A stretch of DNA of 33,637 nt. It comes from Pseudogymnoascus verrucosus. Its lineage: Eukaryota. The DNA is taken from the NCBI GenBank assembly GCA_001662655.1, contig KV460257.1; one strand, given 5' to 3'. A model generated the notes under the pieces. The model had not been told where the DNA came from, did no database searches, and saw only the letters and a list, made by a program, of their open reading frames with translations. Positions 9,701-21,940 of this stretch are shown piece after piece; the first letter of the stretch is position 1; each line of letters begins with the position of its first letter. The translations under genes and the position numbers were made by a program.

Positions 9701-12700
9701 CCTCGAACGAGAATGGAGAGGGCACTGCATTCACTTTGGGCCCAAGTCCTCAATATCGATGGCAGCTCTATTGGAGTTTATGACAGCCTCTTTAGACTCG
9801 GGGGAGATTCGGTCGTGGCAATGCGCCTGGCAGCTGCCGGCAGAGAGGCTGGAATCACCATCCCGGTTGCGAGCATATTCCAATATCCCAAGCTTTCCGA
9901 AATGGCAGCGATCGCGAAGCCGCTGAGCGAGAGGACCTTTCAAGAGCTCGAGGCACGGTACAAAGTTAGGAGGGATATGGTCCAGCATATTTATCCATGT
10001 TCCCCACTTCAAGAGGGCCTTATCATACTATCAAGCAGGCAAGCGGACACATATGTGATCCAGCGCGCATTCAGATTATCATTCGAGACGGATGTGGAGA
10101 AGTTTCATGCAGCTTGGGAGGCCATCTACAAACAACACGCAATTCTTCGCACTCGAATCATCCATGTGGAAAAGACTATCGGCTCCATGCAGGTTGTTAT
10201 AGATGGAAGTATTCGGTGGCGTTCAGCGAGATCTTTGGAAGCTTATTTAAAGGAAGACAAATCAAGTCCCATAGATTATGGGGAGCCGTTAACGAGATAC
10301 GCCATGGTGGATGACCATGAAGGAAAGCGATTCTTCGTTTTCACAGCACATCACTCCGCTTTTGACAGCCAGTCTCTTTCGACGCTTTTCTCCGAAGTCA
10401 CAAAGGCGTACGAATCACTTGTCTCTCTACGAGAATTGACCGCCTCAGACACCACACCTTACAAAACATTCGTCGAGCACATTTTCAATGCTGATATCTC
10501 GGCGGCCGAGTCATTCTGGAAGGACCAGTTTTCTGGTCTAAATTTTTCGACTTTTCCCAAACTGCTGGCAAATCAACATCCATTGGCGGACCATACTTTG
10601 GACTACTCCATGAAGCTCCCAAGATCTGTCAATGAGCTCGGAAGTTCTGTTTCAATGATTATTCGCGCGGCTTGGGCATTGCTTTTAGCGCAGTATTCCG
10701 ATTCCCCAGAAAATGTTGTGTTCGGCATGACTTTAGATGGTCGGGATGATTCTCAGTCAGTGCCTGGCATTGCCACAGTCTTAGGTCCCACCATAGCAAC
10801 GGTCCCCGTCAGAATATTCATCAACACCAAACACACAATTGGAGACTTCCTAGAAGAAACCCAAGCTCAGGCTGATGCTATGAGACCATTCCAGCATTTT
10901 GGTTTGCAGAATATCAGGGCGCTCAGTCCTGATGCCGCAAAAGCCTGTGACTTTCAAAGCTTGCTAGCTATCCAGCCCTTGCGCAAAGAGGGTGAAAATC
11001 ATCCCACCCTGCTGAGCGATTATGTTACCACACGAGATGCGTCTTCGACATACCTACTTCTCTTGGAATGCCAATTGAAAGAGAATGGAGTGGATATTAC
11101 GGCACAATATGATCAAAAGATTACATCAGACTCGCAGATGCAGAGGATCTTGCACCAGCTCGAACACGTGATCAAACAATTGTTGGCCGAAGACGCAAGT
11201 ACTAAGCAGCTGAGGGAAATCCAGTTCTACAGCCCTCAAGACGCGAAGGACATGCATTCGTGGAATCAATCACTTCCACCGTTGCAAGATACTTGTGTTC
11301 ATGATGTCATCGCTAAGCATGCAGCTCTACGTCCAGGTGCAATGGCAGTATGTTCGTGGGATGAAAACCTGAGTTACCATGAGCTTGACGAGCTTTCAAC
11401 AACCCTTGCACATCACCTGGTGACGGCATTCAATATTGGTCCTGAATCGCTGGTGCCGCTGTGTTTCGCTAAATCTGCATGGGCTGTGGTTGCTATGATT
11501 GCGGTGCTAAAAGCTGGAGGAGGATATGTTCCTATGGATCCTTCCCATCCCACTTCACGTCTGCAAGAAATCGTTGAAGCAACGCGAGCTTCAGTCATTC
11601 TTTGCTCACCTCAATACGAGGCTCTCAGTCGATCCTTAGCTGGAAACTCATTTATAGTCAGCCGAAAGACCCTGAGCTACTGCAAAGCATCCGAGGGCGC
11701 AGCATGCACCACTGTCAAACCGAACAATGTGGCCTACATAATATTTACAAGCGGCTCTACTGGCACTCCAAAAGGAATCGTAATGGACCACGGAGCATTC
11801 TGTATCGCTGCGACCGAGCATGGAAAGCGTACCAATCTGAACTCTGAGTCTCGTGTCATACATTTCTCATCCTACGCGTTTGAGGCCTGCATCCTGGAGG
11901 TATTGACAGCTCTCTTCAATGGAGGCTGCGTCTGTGTCGCACCAGAATCCGAACGCTTGGAAGGCATTGCCAAGACTATGAGAGATCTCCATGTCAACTG
12001 GGCGTTCTTTACGCCGTCGTTCATTCGCACAATTCGCCCTGACCAAGTACCCGATCTGAAGACGCTAGTCTTAGGTGGTGAAGCTTTAGGAGCAGACAAC
12101 ATAGAGGTTTGGGTCGACCATTGCTACTTGGTGAATGGGTACGGCCCTTCGGAGACTTGTGTCTTCTCTGTAATCAATAACAATGTGCGTCGAGGCGACA
12201 CACCAGACTTGATTGGCAGCTCTGTTGCAGGAGCATGTTGGATTGTGGACCCCGAAGATCATCGTAAATTGGTGCCACTGGGATGTGTTGGAGAACTGTT
12301 AATCGAAGGCCCCACCCTAGCTCGTGGTTATCTCAACGATCCAGACCGGACTAACCAAGTATTCGTTGAAAATCCCGAATTGCTGTCTCGAGGCCTAGAG
12401 ATCCACGGAGGAAGGACCAATGGAGCAAAAGCGAATGGTCATCCTGACGGATACATCAATGGGAAATTGACGAACCGATCGACAAAGGGCACAGCAGGCC
12501 ACACGGCTTTGAATGGTCAATCAACTGGGCGGCGGATGTACAAGACAGGAGATCTTGTATGTTACGATACTTCGGGCAATGCAGATGGTTCCATCAGATT
12601 TGTTGGAAGGAAGGATACGCAAGTCAAAGTTCGTGGCCAACGCATGGAGCTTGGAGACATCGAACACCATATGAAATCGAACCTGAAGAGTATCCAGCAT

Positions 12701-15700
12701 GTCGCTGTCGAGCAAGTTGGACTAGAAGGACGTGAGAATCGCTACCTGGCAGCATTCTTCTCTTTGGAGGGCCAAGCTCTACCACCCACACGAGGAAGAG
12801 AGAGACAGCTCCCCATGTCTATGTCACGTGATTTAAAGGCTTCGATCGTGGCTGTAGAAGCAAGGCTTGGGGAGACTCTGCCTTCCTATATGATTCCGAC
12901 ATTCTATGTGCCCCTTTTAAGAATGCCTCTATTATCTTCAGGTAAGACAAATCGACGAGAACTGCGTCAAATTGCCGCTCAATTATCAGAGGCTCAGATT
13001 AGTCAATATTCCCTCGCAGATGGGCAAAAGCGAGCGCCTAATACTGAGAGGGAGATAGCGCTGGTTAAGCTTTGGGCCTCGATTTTTCAAGTTAGCCAGG
13101 AAACAAAGATTGGTCTCGATGATAGCTTTTTCAGACTTGGTGGAGATTCCATAGCCGCGATGCGTTTGACGTCCCTCGCCCGCGAAAAAAAGATATTGCT
13201 CACTGTAGCCGAAATATTCAAGAATCCTCGTCTAGAGGACATGGCTGCAAGCAGTCTATCACTGAGTGGAAATGAAGATACAAAGATGGAGCCCTTCGTA
13301 TTACTTCGAGAATCTGCAAATGTGGATGAGCTATTGCGAAAGATACAAAGACAATACCAAATCACAAAGGAGGTCATCGAGGACGCTTTCCCAGTGACTC
13401 CACTCCAGGAAGGACTTATGTTGTTGTCGATCAAGCAACCAGGATCTTACATGAGTCAGATAACCTTGAGTTTACGACCAGATGTCGACATCAACCATTT
13501 CAAAGCCGCATGGCAAAGAACAGCAGAGAGGAACTCCGTTCTCAGGTCTCGATTTGCACATACTGGATCCCAGACAATTCAACTTGTGATGGAAGAAAGT
13601 ATTGACTGGCGAACAGGATCAGATTTGGAGACGTACCGACTCCGCGACAAGAAAGTTCAGATGGAACTTGGAAAGCCCCTAACTCGGCATGCGATTATCG
13701 ATGCAGGTGGCGATGAGAGATACTTCGTTTTGACCGCACACCACTCCCTGTATGATGGCTGGTCTTTGATGCTTATCATGGAGGAACTCGACCACTTGTT
13801 TACAGGTGGACCTGTGAAGCCAGCTGCGCCTCCCTATGCTACCTTCATCAAGCACTTAAGAAACATCGATCTAGATGAGGCAAAGTCTTTCTGGCAGGCT
13901 CAATTTTCAAACAAATCCCTCTCTAGCTTCCCTGAACCAAGATCTGTCACTCAAGCTACTGCAGAAACATCAATCGTCAAACTTACGGAAATAACCAGAC
14001 CGGCCGGATCTGATATTACTTTGTCTACCGTAATGAGAGCAGCGTGGGCTCTTCTGGTGGCTAGATACGCCAGTACAGATGATGTCTTCTTTGGAGCCAC
14101 TCTCATGGGCCGGAACGCTTCTTTACCCAACATCGAGAGAATGACTGGACCGACAATTACCACTGTACCGGTTTGCGTGTCAATTGACGGGTCCCAAACC
14201 ATCGATAAATTCTTGGACCAAGTTCAAAACCAGGCGACAGAGATGATTCCGTTCGAGCATACAGGACTTCAAAATATCAAACGCATTGGGCCAGAGGCAG
14301 AAAAAGCATGCAATTTCCAGAACCTCCTTGTAATCCAACCGGAAGGCTCCGAAGATATTAAGAGCAACCTCTGGAAAGAAAGTGCCTTGTTTGCGAAAGG
14401 AGAAATGGTGACACTCACGTACGCTTTGATCCTGGAGTGTAGACTATATAAGGATAAAGTCAGAATCACTGCCCAGTACCGAGATAATATCATTACCACC
14501 AGTCAGATGCAGCGAATGGTCCATCAATTCGAGCAAGTCATGCACAAACTCAACGACGCAATCCCAGGTGTCCGAACAGTTAACAGTATTGAGGTCTTCA
14601 GCAAGAATGACATGGACGAAGTTTTAGAGTGGAATAAGGAAACATCGGTGCTTTCCAACTCCAAGGACTGTATCCATCACACCATCGAACGTCAAGCGAT
14701 CCAACGACCACACGCACAGGCCGTAGACTCTTGGGATACGAGTTTTACATATGCTCAGCTCAACAAACTGTCGGACAAGCTAGCCCATCATCTGAGTGCT
14801 TTAGGTCTCGGCCCTAACCAATTCGTTCCATTGTGCTTCGACAAGTCAGCATGGACCATCGTAGCGATTTTGGCTGTATTGAAAGCAGGTGGTGCATACT
14901 TGTCATTGGATCCTAAGTATCCTATAAATCGAAATAACCATATCATTCAAGATGTCGAGGCCAAGGTTATTCTTACAGGAAGTCAGCATCAAAAACTATT
15001 TGACCCGTCAGCATATTATGTTCTGGTTGTCGATCGGGAGTTTATCGAGAGTCTCTCGGACCCGAAAGCTAAACAGTCTAATTTTAGAAGCCCAAATAAT
15101 GCGGCTTTCATAGTCTTCAGTAACCCAGCCCCCTTTTACCACCACGTTTCAGCATCAAAGCTAACAACATTCAGCTTCAGGGTCTACCGGCGAACCCAAA
15201 GGAATTGTAATGGAGCACGGAGCATTCTGTAGCAGCTCTCGGGAGCATTCCAAAGCGTTGCTCATCAACTCAGAGTCCAGGGTAATGCAATTTGCAGCAT
15301 ACAGCTACGATGTCAGCATGGGAGAAATCCTCACAACGCTGATGCAAGGTGGTTGTGTATGCGTCCCATCGGAAGAAGATCGGATGAGCAGACTGGCAAC
15401 GTCCATAAATGCACTTAAAGCCAATTGGATCTTCTTGACGCCAACCGTTGCTGGGTTCCTTCAGCCTGACGAGGTTCCTGGGTTGAAGGTTCTAGTACTT
15501 GGAGGAGAACATGCCACGGCGGATAACATTAAAACATGGTCAGAAGTGCTCCATCTCATTAATAGTTATGGTCCGGCTGAGTGTGCAATCTGGTGCGCGT
15601 GTACAACAGGCCTGAGCTTGGATGCGGACCCAGCGAGCCTTGGCAAGTCCGTGGGTGCATCTATCTGGATTACCGATGCCACTGATCCTAACAAACTGGC

Positions 15701-18260
15701 TCCTATCGGCTGTGTTGGCGAGCTTCTTGTCGAAGGGCCAACCCTCGCACGTGAGTATCTCAACGATGTGAAGAAGACTGCAGCGGCCTTTATAGAGAAT
15801 CCAGAGTGGTCAAATGATGGATTAGGAAGGCGCAGACGGATGTACAGGACAGGTGATCTCGTGCGATATGGATCTAATGGGAACATCCTCTTCGTTGGCC
15901 GCAGAGATACCCAGGTCAAACTCCACGGACAGCGAATCGAACTCGGCGAGATTGAACACCATGTGATGAGATACAGTCCACCGGGCTGGTTTCCAGTCGT
16001 CGACATACTTCGCTTCTCTGAGGGTGAGAGAGACGCCGCTATATCTGCGTTTATTCAGGTCCGGAAAGTCTCAAATGATAACCCAACTTCGGGCGAGATA
16101 ACTCTTCCTGTGACGGAGACCATGAACACTGCTCTGAACCAGTTACGGTCGGAACTTGAGCAAGTTTTGCCAACCCACATGATCCCGGCTGCCTATATTC
16201 TAGTCCGGCAAGTACCACTTACAGCCGGTGGAAAGGTAGATAGGATGGCGCTGCGAAAGATCGGTGAAAGCTTGACCGACCATCAGCTGCTTCCATATTT
16301 GCTAGCTGGTCAAGGGGCCTTGCGGGCTCCGTCAACCGAGACAGAAAGAAGACTTCAAAAACTATGGGCTAAGGTGTTAAATATGAGCGAGGACTCGATT
16401 GGGTTGGACTCTAACTTTTTGCGGATCGGAGGCGATTCGATTGCTGCAATGAGATTGTCTGCCATCGCGCGAGAAAACGGGCTACTGTTGACGGTGAAAG
16501 CGATCTTCACGTCGCCAAAGCTGGATGACATGGGCAAGAATACCACCCCGATCTCATCGGTTCAGGGATCAGAAACAACTTACACCCCCTTCTCATCGCT
16601 AAGAGTTCCTGATGCCGCTGCATTCCTTGAAAAGATCATTCATCCCCAACTTCCAAGCGTGGGCGAATTTGACGAAATCGAAGACGTACTCCCCGCGACC
16701 GACTATCAACGCTGGACCTTAGGATGCGGGCAACTGAAAACCAGAGGGTATAACAATTACTTCATTTTCCATATGAGAGGTCCTGCGGATCCGCAACGAA
16801 TTCAGTCCGCCTGTCAGCAGCTCATCGACCATCATCCTGTCTTACGTACTGTGTTTGTTACTCACAAGCACCAACTTTTCCAGGTCGTTTTGAAGCATGT
16901 CCAAGCTGAGTTCACACAGTACGAGGCCCTAGACATCTTGGGGTTTTTACAGTCGGTTTTGGAGAGCGATATGCGGCGACCTGTGGATCTTAATAATCCC
17001 AGTATTCGATTTCTTCTAGTAAAACAAGGCCCGGATGAGTACCGATTGATGATGCGAGCGTCCCATTCCCAATACGATGGCATATCACTACCAATATTGT
17101 TACGAGATCTAAAGGCTGCTTACCTCGGAGAGAGCTTCTCGAGTAGTTTGCCATACTCTAGGTTTATTCATGGTTCATCACGTGTGATGAAGGTGTCCGA
17201 TGCGGAAGCCTTTTGGCGAAAAGAGTTAAAAGATTCGACAATGACCAATATCTTATCCCATACAAAGCCAGCCTATCGCAACCCTGTCAATACATCTCTC
17301 AAACAGGTTATTCAGGTCAATTCCGCACTTTCAGGAGGCATCACTTTCGCCACCATCTTCAAGGCTGCATGGTCCCTGGTTCTGGCACAATTCTCTGCCA
17401 GCTCGGATGTGGTCTTTGGGCAGATCTCCACCGGGAGAAATGCTCCAATCCAAGGTATTGATCAGGTAGTGGGACCTTGCATGAACCTTCTTCCTGTTAG
17501 AGTCAAAATAGACTCAGCGTCAACCTTCAGAGATCTTCTCCGGCAAGTTCAAAGTCAGCATCTAGATATGTCGCCATACGAAACTCTCGGCTTCCAACAT
17601 ATTATTGAAAAATGCACGAGCTGGCCAAAATGGACCCGATTCAGCTCCATACTCCAGCACACAAACTTCAACAGCGGCATGGGTGACGTCGACATATGGG
17701 ATAATATTGAAATGAAACTAGGCAGCTTTACCCCTGATCATGATGTGTCTGATATCTGGATCTGGACGGGCCCATCTGATGATGGGTTTTCGATCGATTT
17801 CACCTACTCAAGTGAAGCTGTGTCTGAGTCCTTGGCCCAAGGAATGCTCGATAAACTCTGTGACACAATCCTGAAAATTACTAAGAATCCGGAGGCTTCT
17901 ATCTTTTCGGTCCTCTCAAAAATTCAACCGAAGTTTCCATCGTCGCTTGCCAACGAGAAAGCCGATCGGGCTGGGAACTTCTTCCATCCAGAATACATCT
18001 CAGGCGGGCCGTTGGAATCAATTGTGGAGAAGGTCTGTGGTAGCGTCTTTGGTGACGAAAACGATAAATTACCCGTCAGTGTCACCATAGACACACCTTA
18101 TTTCGAATTGCGCGGGGACCTCATCGCTGCTACCCAATTATCGATGGCTTTCTGCACTTTCAACTTCCAGGTTTCGCCTGAGGACATTATCGACAATCCT
18201 ACGATGCGCCTTCAAGCTGCAATGCTAAACGCCTTAAATATCTCGTTATTCTCTAAGTGA
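3799..18260 (+). CDS. Four-module nonribosomal peptide synthetase, about 4749 aa: halfC-A1-T1-C1-A2-T2-C2-A3-T3-C3-A4-T4-CT-T*(inactive)
   Basis: Exons 3799-5064, 5165-7768, 7826-15119, 15175-18260 (14250 nt). Introns 5065-5164, 7769-7825 and 15120-15174 all have GT..AG ends and CTAAC/CTGAC branch sites, and restore YVM-YTSGSTGHPKG, SPNE-YDL and VF-TSGSTGEPKG. Four A3 P-loops. GGDS serines at 6431, 9809, 13148, 16437. C active sites EHTLVDG (7070), HHSAFDS (10349), HHSLYDG (13739), SHSQYDG (17061). An alternative short 5' exon from ATG 3714 (intron 3745-3808 or 3745-3820) is also in frame, so the exact start is uncertain. Confidence 0.95.
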
Positions 18261-19106
18261 GTCCTTGAAAGAGATCATTGAATCTCCTGTGCATATAAAA
18301 GAGCTTTTAATTTCCTAAAAGACGCAAATGCTCTGTTTACCCATTTTGGTATCCAGTCGCAATGCGTTACAGCTCTGCAACTCATAGAAAATGCATAATA
18401 CGGTACTATTTAAGGCAAGAGATTTTTATATGGGCTAGCTAGGTGCAACGTAAGTTGTGGCGTAACGCTGCTAGTGGCGTGATACCTTTAAATCTTAACC
18501 ACAGTTAACTGAGAACTTAAATTACTTAACAATGGTATGGGTTAAATTAGAATCAAGTTGCAGTTCTTAGGGTACTCTCACGTGCTGCAAGCTAGAATAA
18601 TCGGTTAATATTAGAGTTGCCACCTAAACTGTCGAAAATATCAGAATTGTCACCCTGTAAGTTAACTATTAAAGCACATTCTGAAGAAGACATACAAAAG
18701 GCAATAACTAGCTGGAAAGATAGATAGTTTTCATCTATACGGGCTATAGCAATACACTTTCAAGTTTCACACACTGCGCCATCGAATGGCCGGACGTAAA
18801 ACAAAGTTTAGCGGGGTTGCACAGCCGTAATGGTGACGGAAGCCGGTATTATTAAGTTAGTGGTCGTCTAGTGCCTCTACGTCACTGCCATCGGAACATT
18901 AGCATATCGTTACGGCGAGATAAACAGCACTATGCGATAAGTCACATAGCGCGTGCAAGCAGCATTTCATTTCGTTTCCCCTATCTTCCTTATAGGCTAG
19001 TTGGCTTCTTATTCTCTTCTCAATCCGCCCGTTCATACTCTTGATAAGAAGCTCAGCAACCGAACACTCCCCATCTACCCACTTTGCCGTATCTAATCCT
19101 AGAAAA

Positions 19107-21940
19107 ATGTCAGCCACAACCACGGCTCATTGTGCATCTCACCCTGTGGGCCTTAAGAGTAACTTCAAGCATCCTTTCAAATTTCTACACGAGAAGCTTC
19201 AGCCAAAAATCAACAATGTTAAAGTTGCTTTCAGTCACAAAAGGTGAGCACGCCAGAGTAGCACCCAATTTGTGCATGGCTTAGCGTGGCCCAGACACGA
19301 GCTTGGAAAGTTGGGGAATACAGTATGCTTGACCAGACACACATTACTCCGCCTCTCCTAATAGATTAGTTCAATCCCAACCATCGTCATGACGAAAAAC
19401 ACGAGAAAATCACCGACGACAAGAGAACAAGGATTAGCAGCGGTCATCCATTTCAATCTTTTGCACCCGAGCGCCCTGGGAACGATGTCAAGTGGTATGT
19501 CGATGGACGGGACTATTACTGGGTGTGTACAGCTCAAATATCACACACGGGATCGTGAATCTGATTGTAGCAGGCAGTCTCAATTGCTCTAGAGCGCGCG
19601 AAAGAGACCATATATATTGAGGATTGGTGGCTTTCTCCCGAGTTATTCATGCGAAGACCTCCATGCTTCAACCAAGAATGGCGGCTGGACCAGATTCTAA
19701 AGCGTAGAGCAGAAGCGGGCGTCAAGATATACGTGATAGTCTACCGCGAGGTCGAGGTTATTATACAGGTCAAGATGTGGCATGCCCTACATTGCTAACA
19801 TTGCGCCAGGCTGCTCTTACATGCAACTCCAAACACACAAAGCAAGTCCTTCAAGGAATCTGCCCTGTAGGAAGCAAGGGATACGGCAATATCGTGGTCA
19901 TGCGCCACCCAGACCACAACCGTTTCGAGAACGCTGCAGACAGGACCTTATATTGGGCTCACCACGAGAAATTCGTGGTTATTGACTATCACACAGCCTT
20001 TATTGGCGGTCTTGATCTCTGCTTTGGGAGATGGGATACTCATCAACATCCGCTTGTTGATGTGCACCTAGGAGGAATTTTCAACGAAATCTGGCCAGGT
20101 CAGGACTTTAACAACAATCGCGTGATGGATTTTCAGAATGTCGAGGAGTGGAAATCTAACGCGCTGTCTAAAGCTGAGTATGGACGTATGCCATGGCATG
20201 ACGTTGCTATGGGGGTCCTAGGACCCTGTGTGGTCGATATTGCAGAACATTTTGTTCTACGATGGAATCTCATCAAGAGGGATAAGTACAAACGGGACGG
20301 CAGGTACAATTGGTTGATTATGGAAGGTCGAGATGGGCGTGATGAGGACCTAATTGGAGTTCAGAGACCGAATTTTCCTGTTGGGGAATACGTCTCTCAT
20401 CCGCTATCTCCACTGAGCAGCAAGGCTCTGGGTAACCGAGGCACTGTTCATGCTCAAGTTGTTCGAAGTAGCTCCGATTGGTCCAGTGGTATCTTGACCG
20501 AACACAGCATTCAGAATGCATACAGTGAAGTGATCCGCAACGCACAGCACTACATCTACATTGAGAATCAGTTTTTTATCACTGCCACCGGGGATAAGCA
20601 GGCGCCTATCAAAAATACTATAGGGAAAGCGATCGTGGAGGCAGTGGTGCGAGCCGGGCGAGAAGGTCGGAAATTTCGTGTCATTGCAGTTATCCCGGCC
20701 ATACCCGGATTCACAGGTGATCTCCGACATGGTGTGGCGGTGGGAACAAGACGTGGTCCTGAGGTGGGAACGAGAGCAATCATGAATTATCAATACCAGT
20801 CCATCTGTCGGGGAGAGCAATCTATTTTCGAGCAAATTAGAGCCCAGGGCGTGGACCCTGCTCAGCACATTTTCTTCTTCAACCTTCGCTCCTACGATCG
20901 CCTAAGGGCTACAACGGCTCTTGAACCGCATGGGGGAAAGCATGGTGTCAAAAACCGGGAAGTTCAAATGGCCGAGGCACAGCAAACTACGGATTCAGGG
21001 ATTCACAGTGCAGGAGACCAAGGAGGAGACCTGGGTAGGCATATACCTAATTATGGGGACTACGACGAAGAAAAGAGGACAAACGCAAAGCGCAGGCATG
21101 AGACAGCAGAAGAGCCAGTTGGCTCTAATCGCGCAACAGAGAGGACACAGAGCGTCGCCAAGAACGCGATGTACCAAATGCCAAAGCTCGAAGATGAGCT
21201 CCAGGGATGCAACACGATAGGGGAAGTAGATAGCTGGGTCCAGGAAGAGTTGTATATCCACGCAAAGCTCCTGATCGCTGATGACAGGACTGTCATTTGT
21301 GGCAGCTCAAATTTAAACGATAGATCCCAACTAGGATCTCGTGACAGCGAGCTTTCTATTGTCATGACGGATACGGAGCCGCTCGAATCGAAAATGAACG
21401 GACAGGAGTTTGTAGCGGGGCGCCATGCTGCCACACTCCGACGGTATTTGTGGAGAGAACACCTAGGTCTCCTGCCACCGCAAGATTTAGACGCCAGAAG
21501 AGAGGCAAATGCGCAACCGCCGGGCATACCAAACGATCCTCACCAAGGCGACACCTATGAATTCGTGGGTGATCCTCTCGGTAACGAGGTCTGGCATATG
21601 TGGACGTCGCGCGCCACTCAGAACACCAACGTTTTCAGCGAGCTATTCCACGCTGACCCCGACAACTCCGGTAAGCATATCCTCTCCCTTTCATGTGTCT
21701 CACAGTTAACGACCTGCGCTCGAAGTCAAAACCTTCAAAGATTACGACAAATACCTCCCTGCAAAGGGTACTAAGGCAGGACATGTATACGATCGGACCC
21801 TGCCACGTAAAGACATACTCCGCAAGCTAGACCTAGTTAAAGGGCATCTCGTGTGGATGCCTCTGGAATTTTTGAAGGACACGCCGATGTCCGAACCAGG
21901 CATCCAGTTCAATTCCTTGACAGACTATGTCTATACCTAG
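19107..21940 (+). CDS. Phospholipase D (short fungal type without PX/PH region), about 858 aa, 6 exons
   Basis: Exons 19107-19243, 19295-19322, 19370-19522, 19574-19756, 19810-21670, 21726-21940. Motifs FAPER, KWYVDGRDYYW, DWWLSPEL, two HKD motifs (HHEKFVVID, HAKLLIAD), GGLDLCFGRWD, PWHD, YIYIENQFF, GSSNLNDRS, RDSE. Confidence 0.92.

Noticed and set aside
3799..18260. Four separate NRPS genes or a frameshifted pseudogene, as the ORF track suggests
   Set aside because: All three breaks are explained by canonical introns that restore conserved motifs in frame.
18300..18900. AT/TA-rich stretch after the NRPS as a RIP-degraded transposon relic
   Set aside because: No terminal repeats or residual coding motifs are visible. 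It is compatible with ordinary terminator/promoter DNA.
4686..21709. Many antisense and alternative-frame ORFs overlapping the NRPS and PLD
   Set aside because: Shadow ORFs of long coding sequences, with no independent motifs.
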